Counted from the stretch's first letter, positions 44,812 through 56,238 are shown. The stretch: DNA of 64,000 nt from an uncultured Candidatus Rokubacteria bacterium (GCA_963789955.1 CAWBMV010000006.1:160001-224000); one strand, 5' to 3'. Numbers and translations are program-made. Notes: generated by a model not told the origin, from the sequence alone.

Positions 44812-45974
44812 CGTTCGCGCGGCGGATCGAGGAGATCGAGCCGTTCCTGGCCGTCGAAGTCGCCGAACGAGCGCAGGAGCTCGAGCGCGCCGGCATCGAC
44901 GTGGTCCATCTCGAGTTCGGCGAGCCCGACTTCGAAGCGCCGCCCGCCATCCGCGACGCGCTGGCGCGCGCGATCAAGGACGGTCGCACACGCTACACGC
45001 ACAGCCTCGGTATCCTGCCGCTTCGCGAAGCGATCGCGGAGCACTACGCGCAGACGTACGGTGTGACGGTCTCGCCGGATCAGATCCTCGTCACGGCGGG
45101 CACCTCGCCGGCCATGCTGCTCCTGTTCGGGCATCTCCTGAATCCCGGTGACGAGGTGGTGCTGAGCGATCCGTACTACGCGTGCTATCCGAACTTCATC
45201 CGCTACGCCGAGGGGCGGCCGGTCTATGTCGGAGTGACGGAAGAGGACAACTTCCAGTACCGGCCCGAAGCGATCCAGAGTCGCATCGGGCCGCGCACCC
45301 GGGCGATCGTGATCAACTCGCCCGCGAATCCAACGGGAACCGTGCTGTCGGCCGACCGCATGGCGGCGATCGGCGCGCTGAGCCGCGATCACGGTCCCCT
45401 CATCGTCTCGGACGAGATCTATCACGGGCTCAGCTACGAGGGACGTGACCGCACGATCCTCGAGTTCACCGACCGGGCCTTCGTGCTCAACGGATTCTCG
45501 AAGGCCTACGCCATGACCGGCTGGCGGCTGGGATGGGTCATCGCGCCACCCGATCACATCCGGGCGCTGCAGACGCTCTACGGCAACTTCTTCATCTCGA
45601 CCAACGAGTTCGTGCAGTGGGCCGGCGTCGCCGCCCTGCGCGAGGCCGGCGACGACAGCCGGCGCTTTCGCGCGATCTTCGACGACCGGCGCCGCGCGAT
45701 GATCGCCGGCCTCCGGTCCCTTGGATTCGGCGTCGGCGCCGAGCCGACCGGCGCATTCTACGTGCTGGCGAACGCGCGTCACCTCTCCACCGACTCGGTC
45801 CTCCTCGCCCGCGAGATCCTCGAGTCGAGCCACGTCGCGGTCACGCCCGGCGCGGCCTTCGGCGCCAACGCCGAAGGCTATCTGCGATTCTCCTATGCGT
45901 CGTCGCTCGAGCGCATTCACGAGGGCCTCGAGCGTCTGCGCCGCTTCCTCGGCGAAGCGCGACGCCGAGGCTGA
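44808..45974 (+). CDS. Class I/II PLP aminotransferase
   Basis: GEPDF, NSPANPTG, SDEIY and NGFSKAYAMTGWRLG. Confidence 0.92.
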   Translation: MTFARRIEEIEPFLAVEVAERAQELERAGIDVVHLEFGEPDFEAPPAIRDALARAIKDGRTRYTHSLGILPLREAIAEHYAQTYGVTVSPDQILVTAGTSPAMLLLFGHLLNPGDEVVLSDPYYACYPNFIRYAEGRPVYVGVTEEDNFQYRPEAIQSRIGPRTRAIVINSPANPTGTVLSADRMAAIGALSRDHGPLIVSDEIYHGLSYEGRDRTILEFTDRAFVLNGFSKAYAMTGWRLGWVIAPPDHIRALQTLYGNFFISTNEFVQWAGVAALREAGDDSRRFRAIFDDRRRAMIAGLRSLGFGVGAEPTGAFYVLANARHLSTDSVLLAREILESSHVAVTPGAAFGANAEGYLRFSYASSLERIHEGLERLRRFLGEARRRG

Positions 45975-46696
45975 TGGACGCCGCCTACGTCGCCGTCCAC
46001 ATCGAGGAGGACCGGTCGCACTGGTGGTTTCGCGGCCGGCTGGCCGTCATTCTCGCCGCGCTCCGTCGAGCGCTGCCGCCGCGGCGCGTTCGCCTGCTCG
46101 AGCTCGGCTGCGGCAGCGGCAACGTGCTCGGCGTCGCTCTCCGAGTTCGGCGAAGCGGTCGGGATGGACGGGCACGGCGATCTGGTCGCCGCCGCGCGCG
46201 CGGCCGGCCTCGACGTGCGGGCCGGCCATCTTCCGGACGATCTCGGCGTGCCGCAACGGCTGGGCGGACGTCGTCCTCCTGCTCGACGTGATCGAGCACG
46301 TGGACGACGACCTCGCCACGCTCCGCGCGGCGCGCACCAGCGTCGGCGAGGGAGGGCTGCTCGTCGTGACCGTGCCCGCCTATCAGTGGCTCTGGAGCGG
46401 CCACGACGAGGTCCTGGGCCATCGCCGCCGCTATACCGCCGCCGAGCTTCGCGCCGCGGTCGAGCGCGCCGGCTTCACGGTGCTGCGGGTGAGCTACTTC
46501 AACACGCTTGCTCTTTCCGCTGCTGCTCGCGGCCCGCGCGGCGAAGCGCCTGCGCGGAGATCGGGGTCACGACCTGCGACACCCCGCGGCGCCGATCAAC
46601 TGGCTGCTCGAGCGCGTGTTCGCCTTCGAGCGCCACCTCGTTCCTCGCGTTCGGCTGCCGTTCGGCTCGTCGCTTCTGCTGATCGGCCGGCGATGA
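45974..46696 (+). CDS. Class I SAM-dependent methyltransferase (frameshifted)
   Basis: EEDRSHWWFRGR, LELGCGSG, LDVIEH and TVPAYQWLWSGHD...HRRRY. Confidence 0.85.
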
Positions 46697-48846
46697 CCGA
46701 CACGCGCTCTGCTCGCGAATGGGCGATCGTCGGCGGCGTCTACCTGGCCCTGGTGCTGATCGCGGCGGTATGGCTGGCGGTCGACCGCACGCCGCCCGAA
46801 TGGGACCACGCAAATCACCTCGAGCGCGTCGTCCATTGCGCCGAGGACATGGCGCGGGGCGACGTGCGCACCATCATCGAGCGCTCGTCGTTCTATCCGC
46901 CGGTCGTACCATGCACGGCCGCCCTCGTGTACCGGCTGGCGCCGTCGGACGCGGCGGCGGCCCAGAGCGTGATCCTGGCGTTTCTCGGCCTCGGCATGGC
47001 CGCGGTCTATCTGCTCGGCCGGCGCGTGGCCGGCGGTACCGAGGGCGTCGTGGCCGCGGTCGTGTTCGGCTGCGCGCCGTTCGTGGTGTTCTCGGCGCTG
47101 CGCTTCCAGCTCGATCTGCCGCTGGCCGCGATGGTCGCGGTCGCGCTGCTCGTGATCTTCCTCACCGAGGGCTTCACCCGGGTCGGGTGGTCGCTGGTCG
47201 CGGGGATCGTGTTCGCCGTGGGCATGCTCACCAAGCCGCCGTTCGCGGCGTACGTCCTCGTCCCGGTTCTGCTCGCCGTCGCCTCGAGTTACCGGCGCCG
47301 TCGCGCGGCCGGCTACGCGGCGCTGGCGATCCTGGTGGGGGCCGCGCTCAGCGTGCCGTGGTACGGGCCGCGCCTCTTCGGCCTGCTCCCCCAGATCGCC
47401 AATCGTTCGTTCAAGCAAGCGGCCGAGTCGGGTCACCCGGATCCGCTCACGGCGACGGCGCTGCTGCTCTATCCGACGTGGCTCGCGCCCCAGCTCGGAG
47501 TGCTCGCGCTGCTCCTGCTCCTCGTCGGGATCGTCATCGCCGCGATGCGACGGCAATGGATCGTGCTGGCCGCGCTCCTGGCACCGTTTCTTCTTTTCGA
47601 GCTGCTCCAGAACAAGAACCTGCGCTACACCTTGCCGCTGATGCCCGTCGCCGCTGTCCTGGCCGGCATGGCCTTCGGCCTCTTGAAAGGACGTGCGCGC
47701 TCCGTCGGGGCGATCGTGCTCGGGCTGGCGTGCGCGCTCCAGGTGAGCGCCACCGTCCTGGCGGTGCCGTCAGGCTGGAAGCTGCCGGGCCTCGGCGTTC
47801 CGTTCGTCCTGGAGTCGCCGCCGCGCACCGCCAGCTGGCGGCAGCGCGAGATCCTGGCGCTGATCAGCAAGGACAGCCGAGGCGAGCCCGTGACCGTGAG
47901 CGTCGTCCCGAACGATAATTTCTTCTCCGTGAGTAACTTTCGATACTACGGGACACGCGACCGTCTCCCGCTCCAGTTCACGCGCGCCTGGGACGGTGAG
48001 CCGATCGGGATCGAGTACATGATTCTCAAGACCGGCGACGTCGGCCCGTCCTGGACCGCCGAGAAGCCGCGACGGATCGCCGAACGATTGCAGACCGACG
48101 GCGCGCTCGCGCGAGTGTTCCCGGTGATCGGCGAATTCCAGCTTCCCGACAACTCGACGGCCACCGTTCGCGCGAGGCGACTCACCGAGGACGTCCCCGC
48201 GACGGCGGCCGCCTTCGCGCGCGAGGTCCAGGCGGCAGTTCGCCGGGCGCTGGCGGACGTGGCGACCGACGTCCAGGGGCTCGAGATCAATCTGAATCAT
48301 GACGACACGATCCTGCGCGGACACATTGGCCGCGTGGAGATCCGTGCGGCGGCCGCGCGCGTCGGCGAGCTCAAGCGCCCGGGCTCGCCGCTGCTCCGCG
48401 TCGGCGACATCCAGTTCGTGTTCGAGGACGTGCTCGTCAACCCCTTCAGCGTGCACGCGAACGGGCGGTTGTCTCCGCTCGACGCCCGCCGCGCCTCCCT
48501 CGAGCGGGTGACCATCCGCGAGGACGATCTCCGGGCGTTTCTCAAGGAGCAGAAAGGGTTCAAGACGGCGTCGGTGACGTTCGAGCAGGGCGCGCTGGCC
48601 TTCGTCATCAGCCTGCCGGGGCCCGATGTCGCGGCGCGAGTCCGGGCCCTGCCGGCCACCGACCGGCCGTTCGCGCTCGTCGCCGATCACGTCACGGTCG
48701 GGGGGATCCCGGTGCCGGCGATGCTCGTCGACTGGGTCGTCCGCACGTGGGATCCGGCGCCACGGATCGCCAGCCGGCTCCCGGTGCCCGTGACTCTGGG
48801 CCGGATCGACATCACGCCCGAGGCCATCCGGATCTCGGCCCGGTAG
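46693..48846 (+). CDS. ArnT/PMT-like GT-C glycosyltransferase with a large extracytoplasmic C-terminus (LmeA/DUF2993-like)
   Basis: PPEWDHANH, FYPP, QLDLP, LTKP and KNLRY; about 11 TM segments, then a beta-rich tail. Confidence 0.75.
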   Translation: MTDTRSAREWAIVGGVYLALVLIAAVWLAVDRTPPEWDHANHLERVVHCAEDMARGDVRTIIERSSFYPPVVPCTAALVYRLAPSDAAAAQSVILAFLGLGMAAVYLLGRRVAGGTEGVVAAVVFGCAPFVVFSALRFQLDLPLAAMVAVALLVIFLTEGFTRVGWSLVAGIVFAVGMLTKPPFAAYVLVPVLLAVASSYRRRRAAGYAALAILVGAALSVPWYGPRLFGLLPQIANRSFKQAAESGHPDPLTATALLLYPTWLAPQLGVLALLLLLVGIVIAAMRRQWIVLAALLAPFLLFELLQNKNLRYTLPLMPVAAVLAGMAFGLLKGRARSVGAIVLGLACALQVSATVLAVPSGWKLPGLGVPFVLESPPRTASWRQREILALISKDSRGEPVTVSVVPNDNFFSVSNFRYYGTRDRLPLQFTRAWDGEPIGIEYMILKTGDVGPSWTAEKPRRIAERLQTDGALARVFPVIGEFQLPDNSTATVRARRLTEDVPATAAAFAREVQAAVRRALADVATDVQGLEINLNHDDTILRGHIGRVEIRAAAARVGELKRPGSPLLRVGDIQFVFEDVLVNPFSVHANGRLSPLDARRASLERVTIREDDLRAFLKEQKGFKTASVTFEQGALAFVISLPGPDVAARVRALPATDRPFALVADHVTVGGIPVPAMLVDWVVRTWDPAPRIASRLPVPVTLGRIDITPEAIRISAR

Positions 48847-48862
48847 TCGTAAGGGGAGCGTC

Positions 48863-49519
48863 ATGCGAGAGTCTCGAGACGCGAAGCGAGCCCGGGCCCG
48901 CAAGATCATTCGCGCGCTGAAGAAAGCCTATCCCGACGCCAAGATCGCCCTCGACTTCGGGAATCCACTCGAGCTGCTCGTCGCGACCATTCTGTCCGCG
49001 CAGTGCACCGACGAGCGCGTGAATCAGGTCACCCCTGCCCTCTTCAAAAAGTATGGGACCGCGCGCGACTACGCTCGAGCGAGCTCGGCCGTCCTGGAGG
49101 AAGAGGTCCGCTCCACCGGCTTCTACCGCGCGAAGACCCGCTCGATCATCGCGATGGCGAACGCGCTCCTCGACAAGCACGGCGGCGAAGTCCCGCGGTC
49201 GCGCGCGGCCCTCGTGACCTTGCCCGGAGTCGGGCTCAAGACGGCGAACGTCATCCTGGGCAATGCGTTCGGCGAGCAGGCCATCGCGGTCGACACGCAC
49301 GTGTTCCGCGTGTCTCAGCGCCTGGGACTGGCGCGCTCGGATGACCCCGAGAAAATCCACGATCAGCTCGCGGACGTACTTCCAGAAAAGGAATGGACGT
49401 TCACGACGCACCTCGTGCAGGCGCACGGGCGCCGCTGCTGCTTCGCGCGCAAGCCGCTCTGTCCGGCGTGTCCGGTCCGAACGCTCTGCCCCTGGCCCGG
49501 CAAGACCAAGATTCGTTGA
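48863..49519 (+). CDS. nth: Endonuclease III
   Basis: LSAQCTDERVN, HhH LPGVGLKTAN, VDTHVFR and C-X6-C-X2-C-X5-C. Confidence 0.95.
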   Translation: MRESRDAKRARARKIIRALKKAYPDAKIALDFGNPLELLVATILSAQCTDERVNQVTPALFKKYGTARDYARASSAVLEEEVRSTGFYRAKTRSIIAMANALLDKHGGEVPRSRAALVTLPGVGLKTANVILGNAFGEQAIAVDTHVFRVSQRLGLARSDDPEKIHDQLADVLPEKEWTFTTHLVQAHGRRCCFARKPLCPACPVRTLCPWPGKTKIR

Positions 49520-49544
49520 CAGCCCCCTGCTTCTCCCTTAGAGT
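49516..49544 (+). promoter_or_regulatory. sigma70 promoter of the rplM operon
   Basis: TTGACA-17 nt-TAGAGT. Confidence 0.7.
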
Positions 49545-49601
49545 ATGGCGTTGCGTTTTTCCAGTTTGGACGCCTACTTAGAAGCGTCAAGGGGAAGCGA
49601 G

Positions 49602-50045
49602 ATGCCGACGTTGGTACCGAAAGAAAGCGAAATCGAGCGCAAGTGGTTCATCGTGGACGCCAACGGGCAAGTCCTCGGACGTCTCGCGAGCCGCATTGCG
49701 TCAATCCTGCGCGGTAAGCACAAGCAGACGTTCGTGCCTCACCTCGACGTCGGTGATCACGTGGTCGTCGTCAACGCCGCGAAGGTCCACCTGACCGGGC
49801 GCAAGATGCGGGACAAGCAGTACCGCTGGCACTCCGGCTACATCGGAGGGCTCCGCGAGGTGAATGCCGAGACGATGCTCAGGACCCATCCCGAACGCGT
49901 CATCGAGTGGGCGGTTCAGGGGATGCTGCCCAAGACCCGCCTCGGACGGGCGATGGCCAAGAAGCTCAAGGTCTACGGCGGCGCCGCGCACCCGCACCAG
50001 GCCCAGCAGCCCGAAACTCTCACGACGAAGCCGGAGGTTCGCTAG
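49602..50045 (+). CDS. rplM: 50S ribosomal protein L13
   Basis: WFIVDA...[15 protein letters not shown] and GMLPK. Confidence 0.97.
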   Translation: MPTLVPKESEIERKWFIVDANGQVLGRLASRIASILRGKHKQTFVPHLDVGDHVVVVNAAKVHLTGRKMRDKQYRWHSGYIGGLREVNAETMLRTHPERVIEWAVQGMLPKTRLGRAMAKKLKVYGGAAHPHQAQQPETLTTKPEVR

Positions 50046-50444
50046 ATGGCAGCGGTGGTCGACAGGTTTTACGCGACCGGCCGTCGCAAGACGTCCGTCG
50101 CGCGGGTGTGGATCAGGCCGGGAGCCGGACGCATCGTCGTGAACCGCCGGGCGTTCGAGGACTACTTCCCGCGCGAGACCCTGCGAATGATCATCGCCCA
50201 GCCGCTCGAGGTCACGAGCACCGTCGGGCAGTTCGACATCTTCGTGACCGTCGGCGGCGGTGGTCCCACGGGCCAGGCCGGCGCGGTCCGGCACGGGCTC
50301 TCGCGGGCGCTGGCGAAGTTCGACGAAAAGTTCCGGCTCCCGCTGAAGAAGGCCGGTCTCCTGACGCGTGATCCGCGGATGCGCGAACGGAAGAAGTACG
50401 GCCAGCCCGGCGCCCGGCAGAAGTTCCAGTACTCGAAGCGCTAA
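50046..50444 (+). CDS. rpsI: 30S ribosomal protein S9
   Basis: [21 protein letters not shown] and QYSKR. Confidence 0.97.
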   Translation: MAAVVDRFYATGRRKTSVARVWIRPGAGRIVVNRRAFEDYFPRETLRMIIAQPLEVTSTVGQFDIFVTVGGGGPTGQAGAVRHGLSRALAKFDEKFRLPLKKAGLLTRDPRMRERKKYGQPGARQKFQYSKR

Positions 50445-51499
50445 TGGCGACGATCCGCGTCGCGGTCGCCGGCGCCAGCGGGTACATGGGCGCGGAGCTC
50501 CTCCGGCTGCTCTGCGTCCATCCGCACATCACGTTGACGGGCGTCACCTCGGACCGGCTCGCCGGCGAGGCGCTCACCAAGGCCTATCCCCACCTGCGGG
50601 GGCTGAGCGAGCTTCGCTTCCACGACCTCGACGCCGAGTGGCTCGCGAGTGTCGCCGACGTGGTTTTCCTCGCGCTGCCGCATATGGAATCGCAGAAGGC
50701 GGTGCCGATTCTGCGGGCTCGCGGGCGGCGCGCGATCGATCTCTCCGCCGACTATCGGCTGCGCGATCCGAACGACTACGTGACGTGGTACAAGGCGCCG
50801 CACATCGATCTGTCCGGCCTCGGGGAGGCTGTCTACGGCCTCGCCGAGCTCCACCGGAAGGCGATCGCGCAGGCCGCGCTCGTCGCCACACCGGGCTGCT
50901 ACCCGGCCGGCGCGATCCTCGCGACGGCGCCGCTGTTCAGGGCGGGGCTCGCGCGGCTCGAAGGCGTCGTCATCGACGGAAAGTCCGGCGTGACCGGAGC
51001 CGGGGCGCAGGGTCGAAAGATCGACCCGATGTATCTCTTCACGGAAGCCAACGAGAACGTGCAGGCCTACGGGATGGCGACGCATCGGCACACGCCGGAG
51101 ATCGAGCAGGAGCTCGGGGCTCTCGCCGGATCGCCCTTGCGCGTCGCGTTCACGCCCCATCTGGTGCCGCTCAATCGCGGGCTGTTCACGACGGCCTCCG
51201 TGCCGCTCGCGTCGGCGGCGACGACGGCGCGCCTGCTCGACGTCTATCGCGAGTTCTACGCGGGTGAGCCGTTCGTTCGCGTGCTCGACGAGGGTGAGCG
51301 CCCGACCACGCGCACGGTCGTCGGCTCCAACTACTGCGACGTCACCGTCGTGGCGGACCCGCGGACCAACCGTGCGGTGTGTGTCTCGGCGCTCGACAAC
51401 CTCGGCAAGGGCGGCGCCGCGAACGGTATCCAGAATCTCAACATCATGTTCGGCTGGGGCGAGCGGACCGGGCTCGAGGCCCCGCCCGTGTACCCCTAG
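50444..51499 (+). CDS. argC: N-acetyl-gamma-glutamyl-phosphate reductase
   Basis: GASGYMG, DLSADYRL, PGCYP and DNLGKG. Confidence 0.96.
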   Translation: MATIRVAVAGASGYMGAELLRLLCVHPHITLTGVTSDRLAGEALTKAYPHLRGLSELRFHDLDAEWLASVADVVFLALPHMESQKAVPILRARGRRAIDLSADYRLRDPNDYVTWYKAPHIDLSGLGEAVYGLAELHRKAIAQAALVATPGCYPAGAILATAPLFRAGLARLEGVVIDGKSGVTGAGAQGRKIDPMYLFTEANENVQAYGMATHRHTPEIEQELGALAGSPLRVAFTPHLVPLNRGLFTTASVPLASAATTARLLDVYREFYAGEPFVRVLDEGERPTTRTVVGSNYCDVTVVADPRTNRAVCVSALDNLGKGGAANGIQNLNIMFGWGERTGLEAPPVYP

Positions 51500-51501
51500 G
51501 C

Positions 51502-52725
51502 ATGGCGCCGGCAGAGCTCCAGTGGCTCGACGGCGGCATTACGGCGGTGCCGGGGATCCTCGCCGGCGGCGTCGTGGCCGGCATCAAGCCGAGCGGTAAG
51601 AAAGACCTCGCCCTCATCTATTCCTCGACCCCGGCGCGTGCCGCCGCGGTGTTCACGTCGAATCAGGTCAAGGGCGCGCCGGTGCTGGTGTCGTCCGAGC
51701 ACGTGCGCGGTGGCCAGGCGCAGGCGATCGTCGCCTCGAGCGGTTGCGCCAACGTCTGCACCGGCGAGCAGGGCATCGCCGATGCGCGCGAGATGACGCG
51801 GATCGTCGGAGATCTGCTCCGGATCCCGGCCGGGCATGTGCTGGTCGCGGCGACCGGCGTCATCGGCATTCCGTTGCCGATGGACAAGATCCGCGCGGCG
51901 ATGCCCAATCTCGTGAAGTCGCTCTCGCCGCAAGGGCGGCGGGCGGCGGCCGAAGCGATCATGACGACCGACACGCAAGCCCAAAGAGGCCGCGGTGCGC
52001 GTCGAGATCGCCGGTCGCCCCGTCACCATCGGCGGGATCGCGAAGGGCGTCGCGATGCTCGAGCCGCACCTCGCGACGATGTTCTGCTTCGTCGCGTCGG
52101 ACGCGGCGGTGGCGCGAGGCGCGCTCGCTCCGGTTCTACGGCGGGCCGTCGATCGCTCCTTCAACAGAACGACCGTCGACTCCGATCAGTCGACGAGCGA
52201 CACCGTGGCGGTCCTGACCAACGGCCTCGCCGAGAACACGCCTCTGGAGACGGGCTCGCGGGGCATCCGCCAGTTCGCCCTGGGCCTCGACGCGGTGATG
52301 ACCAAGCTGGCCCGGATGCTCGTGGCCGATGGCGAGGGCGCCACGAAGCTCGTGACGGTCGCGGTGCGCGGGGCGGCGAACGGCAAGGACGCGCTGAACG
52401 CCGCGCGGGCCGTGGCCGAACTCGCCCCTGGTCAAGACGGCGATCAACGGCCAGGACCCCAACTGGGGCCGCATCATGATGGCCCTGGGCAAGTCGCCGG
52501 CCCGGATCGACCCGGGCGAAGGTCGCGATCGCCTTCGGGGACGAGCGCCTGGTCGAGCGCGGGATGCAGAAGGAAGGCGTGCGTATCGAGCGCATTCGGG
52601 AGATCATGGGATTGTCGGAATATGAGATCTCGATCGATCTCGGTCTGGGCCGCGGTGAGGACCGGGTCTGGACGTGCGATCTGAGCGAGGAGTACGTGCG
52701 GCTCAACGCCAAGTACACGACGTAG
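51502..52725 (+). CDS. argJ: Ornithine acetyltransferase (frameshifted)
   Basis: TGVIG, AIMTTDT, LATM, DGEGATK and DPNWGRI; ends NAKYTT. Confidence 0.93.
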
Positions 52726-52729
52726 CTCA

Positions 52730-52820
52730 CCATTACACACGCCGCGCACTTTCGGTGGCAGGGCGTCGCCCGCCGGGGCGAGCCTGCTGAGCGCGGCGGA
52801 GGCAAACCGAAGGAGGATCC
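52730..52820 (+). promoter_or_regulatory. rpsB 5' leader (S2 autoregulatory RNA-like)
   Basis: ACACAC-GCCGCGC...GCGCGGC-GGAGGCAAACC with an internal stem, matching the conserved rpsB leader layout. Confidence 0.65.
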
Positions 52821-53585
52821 ATGGCCGCATTGACGATGAAGGAGCTGCTCGAGGCCGGAGTGCATTTCGGCCATCAGACCAAGCGCTGGAACCCGAAGAT
52901 GCAGAAGTACATCTTCGGTGAGCGCAACGGCATTTACATCATCGACCTTCAGAAAACCCTCAAGAAGTTCCGTGAGGCCTACGGGTTCGTGCGCGACCTC
53001 GCCGCGGGCGGCGGCACGGTGCTCTTCATCGGGACCAAGAAGCAGGCCCAGGAGACCGTGTTCGAGGAGGCGAGCCGCTGCGGCATGTTCTACGTCAACC
53101 AGCGCTGGCTCGGCGGGACCCTGACGAACTTCACGACGATCCGCAAGTCGATCACCCGGCTCAAGAAGCTCGAGGAGATGAAGGAGACGGGTGAGTACGA
53201 GCGCGTGCCCAAGAAGGAAGCGCTCGAGCTCGATCGGGAGCGGGAAAAGCTCGAGAAGGCGCTGATCGGTATCAAGTTGATGGAGCAGCTGCCGGCGGCG
53301 GTCTTCATCATCGATCCTCGCAAGGAGAAGATCGCGGTCGCCGAGGCTCAGCGGCTCGGCATCTCGATCGTCGCGATCGTCGACACCAACTGCGATCCGA
53401 CCGGGATCGATTATCCGGTCCCCGGCAACGACGACGCGATCCGCGCGGTGCGCCTGATCACCTCGCGCATCGCCGACGCCGTCAACGAGGGACGCGGCAC
53501 GCTCGGCAAGGACGAGGGCGAGGCCGCGGCGGCGGAGGTGCCGGCCGAGGGCGCGGAGCTGGCCGCGGCCGAGGCGGAGGACTAG
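52821..53585 (+). CDS. rpsB: 30S ribosomal protein S2
   Basis: [21 protein letters not shown] and PGNDDAIR. Confidence 0.98.
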   Translation: MAALTMKELLEAGVHFGHQTKRWNPKMQKYIFGERNGIYIIDLQKTLKKFREAYGFVRDLAAGGGTVLFIGTKKQAQETVFEEASRCGMFYVNQRWLGGTLTNFTTIRKSITRLKKLEEMKETGEYERVPKKEALELDREREKLEKALIGIKLMEQLPAAVFIIDPRKEKIAVAEAQRLGISIVAIVDTNCDPTGIDYPVPGNDDAIRAVRLITSRIADAVNEGRGTLGKDEGEAAAAEVPAEGAELAAAEAED

Positions 53586-53588
53586 GGC

Positions 53589-54195
53589 ATGGCCGCGACC
53601 CCGCAGCAGGTCAAGGAGCTTCGCGACCGGACGGGCGCCGGCGTGATGGACTGCAAGGAGGCCCTCCAGGCGGCCAACGGCGACCTCGAGGCCGCCCTCG
53701 AGTTCCTCCGAAAGAAGGGCCTGGCCCAGGCCGGCAAGCGTGCACATCGAGAGGCTCGCGAGGGCGCCATCGGAACGTACATCCACCACGGCGCCAAGCT
53801 CGGGGTGCTGATCGAGGTCAACTGCGAGTCGGACTTCGTCGCGCGCACGGACGCCTTCCAGGATCTGGTGAAGGATCTCGGGATGCAGGTCGCGGCAGCG
53901 AATCCGTCCTATGTCGCGCGCGAGGACGTGCCCGCACGCGGTCATCGAGAAGGAACGCGAGATCTACCGCGGCCAGATGGCCGACCAGAAGAAGCCGCCT
54001 CAGGTGATCGACAAGATCATCGAGGGCAAGCTGGAAAAGTTTTTTACCGAGCAATGCCTGCTCGAGCAACAGTTCATCAAGGACGCCTCGGGCAAGACGA
54101 CGGTCCGCGAGCTCGTCGACGGCGTGAACGCCAAGACCGGTGAGCGCATCGTCGTCAAGCGCTTCGCCCGTTTCCAGGTGGGCGAGGGGGGGTAG
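53589..54195 (+). CDS. tsf: Elongation factor Ts, short type (frameshift near 53935)
   Basis: [23 protein letters not shown] and RFARFQVGE. Confidence 0.95.
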
Positions 54196-54196
54196 C

Positions 54197-54937
54197 ATGA
54201 CGGCGGCTGCCGGCTCCGGCCGCCCCGCCTACCGCCGTATTCTCCTGAAGCTCTCGGGAGAGGCGCTCGCCGGGAGCCAGGGCTACGGGATCGACCCGCT
54301 CGTGATCGATCGGATCGCCTCCGAGGTGCGCGAGGTGGCGGCACTCGGGGTGCAGATCGCGATCGTCATCGGCGGCGGCAACATCTTCCGCGGAGTCGCC
54401 GCGAGCGCCGGCGGCATGGAGCGCGCCACCGCCGACTACATGGGGATGCTGGCGACGGTCATCAACGCGCTGGCTCTCCAGGACGGGCTCGAGAAAGTCG
54501 GCCTGCAGACGCGGGTCCTGTCGGCCATCGAGATGCGGGCGGTCGCCGAGCCCTATATCCGACGGCGCTCGATCCGTCACCTCGAGAAGGGACGCATCGT
54601 GATCTTCGCGGCGGGCACGGGCAACCCGTTCTTCACGACGGACACCGCGGGAGCCCTGCGGGCCGTCGAGATCGGTGCCGACGCGATCATGAAGGCGACG
54701 AAGGTCGACGGGATCTACTCGGCCGACCCCAAGCAGGACGCCAACGCCCAGCGGCTGGAGCGCGTGACGTACATCGAGGTCCTCAACCGGGGGCTTCAAG
54801 TCATGGACGCCACCGCGATCTCCCTCTGCATGGACAACAAGCTGCCGATCGTCGTCTTCGACCTGAACCGGTCCGGGAACATCAAGCGGATCGTCCTCGG
54901 CGAAACCGTGGGCTCGATCGTATCGTCGGGAGGATGA
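54197..54937 (+). CDS. pyrH: UMP kinase
   Basis: [17 protein letters not shown] and GNPFFTTD. Confidence 0.97.
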   Translation: MTAAAGSGRPAYRRILLKLSGEALAGSQGYGIDPLVIDRIASEVREVAALGVQIAIVIGGGNIFRGVAASAGGMERATADYMGMLATVINALALQDGLEKVGLQTRVLSAIEMRAVAEPYIRRRSIRHLEKGRIVIFAAGTGNPFFTTDTAGALRAVEIGADAIMKATKVDGIYSADPKQDANAQRLERVTYIEVLNRGLQVMDATAISLCMDNKLPIVVFDLNRSGNIKRIVLGETVGSIVSSGG

Positions 54938-54942
54938 CGTCA

Positions 54943-55506
54943 ATGGCGGACACGCAGGGCGTGATGAAGGAAATCGAGGCGAAGATGACCGGCGCCCTCG
55001 AGGCGCTCGGGCGGGAGCTCGCGACGGTGCGCACCGGCCGCGCCTCGGCCGGCCTGCTCGACGGGATCCGCGTCGACTATTACGGCACGCCGACACCCGT
55101 CAACCAGATGGCGTCCATCTCGGTCCCCGACGCCCGGACGATCGTGATCCAGCCCTGGGAAGCGGGCCAGCTCAAGGCGATCGAGAAGGCGATCAGCACC
55201 TCCGATCTCGGCCTGACCCCGGTCAACGACGGCAAGATCGTGCGCCTCGCGATGCCGTCGCCGACCGAGGAGCGGCGCAAGCAGCTCGCAAAGACCGTGC
55301 ACAAGATCGCCGAGGAATCCCGCGTGGCGGTCCGCAATCTCCGCCGCGAGGCGAACGATCGGCTGAAGGCACTCGCCAAGGACAAGAAGGTCTCCGAGGA
55401 CGAGGAGCGCCGCAGCCACGACCAGATCCAGAAGACGACGGACCGCTTCATCGCCAAGGTCGACGAGCTGCTCAAGAAGAAGGAGCAGGAGATCCTGTCA
55501 TTCTGA
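54943..55506 (+). CDS. frr: Ribosome recycling factor
   Basis: RTGRAS, VDYYG and PTEERRK. Confidence 0.97.
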   Translation: MADTQGVMKEIEAKMTGALEALGRELATVRTGRASAGLLDGIRVDYYGTPTPVNQMASISVPDARTIVIQPWEAGQLKAIEKAISTSDLGLTPVNDGKIVRLAMPSPTEERRKQLAKTVHKIAEESRVAVRNLRREANDRLKALAKDKKVSEDEERRSHDQIQKTTDRFIAKVDELLKKKEQEILSF

Positions 55507-56237
55507 CGGAAGGCGACCTGTTCGAGGCCGTTCGCGCCCAGCCGGTTCCCGAGCACGTGGCCATCATCATGGACGGGAACGGACGCTGGGCGACCCATCG
55601 CGGCCTGCCGCGCGTGGCCGGACACCACGAGGGCGTGAAGTCGGCTCGCTCGATCGTTCGCGCCTCCTCGGCGCTGGGCCTCCGCTACCTGACCCTCTAC
55701 GCGTTCTCGACCGAGAACTGGAGCCGCCCGCCCGACGAGGTCTCGATGCTCATGAGCCTGCTCGAGCGGTCGGTCAACGCGGAGCTGCCCGAGCTGATGG
55801 CTCGCAACGCTCGACTCCGCGTCCTCGGCCGGACCAACGGGTTGCCGTCCGGCGTGCGCCGCGGCATCGACCACGTCGTGCACGAAACGCGCAACAACAC
55901 CGGGCTGACCGTGTTGATGGCGTTCAACTACGGAGCGCGGGACGAGCTGATCGACGCGTTCCGGTCGCTGGCGCGTCAGATCGTGGCGGGGGAGCTCAAG
56001 CCCGAGGACATCTCGGAAAAGAAGATCAGCGAGGCGCTCTACACCGCCGACATCCCCGATCCCGATCTCCTGATCCGCACGAGCGGCGAGATGCGGATCT
56101 CGAACTTTCTCCTGTGGCAGATCGCCTACACGGAGCTCTGGGTGACCCCGACTCTCTGGCCCGATTTCGGGCCCGTCGATCTCTATCGCGCCATCGCCGA
56201 GTTCCAGGGCCGGACGCGACGCTTTGGGAAGGTGTGA
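55503..56237 (+). CDS. uppS: Isoprenyl transferase (undecaprenyl diphosphate synthase); probable CTG/ATT start
   Basis: PEHVAIIMDGNGRW, FSTENWSRP and RTSGEMRISNFLLWQ. Confidence 0.95.
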   Translation: MTEGDLFEAVRAQPVPEHVAIIMDGNGRWATHRGLPRVAGHHEGVKSARSIVRASSALGLRYLTLYAFSTENWSRPPDEVSMLMSLLERSVNAELPELMARNARLRVLGRTNGLPSGVRRGIDHVVHETRNNTGLTVLMAFNYGARDELIDAFRSLARQIVAGELKPEDISEKKISEALYTADIPDPDLLIRTSGEMRISNFLLWQIAYTELWVTPTLWPDFGPVDLYRAIAEFQGRTRRFGKV

Positions 56238-56238
56238 C

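Noticed and set aside
42664..48846. Apparent malic enzyme-GT2 and methyltransferase-GT-C fusions in the ORF track
   Set aside because: Out-of-frame nonsense linkers join genes that each have their own overlapping start and stop. The same artefact appears at livM-livG, cdsA-dxr and DsrF (25268..27250).
49602..53585. argC-argJ embedded between rpsI and rpsB
   Set aside because: From recollection this arrangement is already known in Deltaproteobacteria- and Nitrospira-like genomes, so it is not novel.
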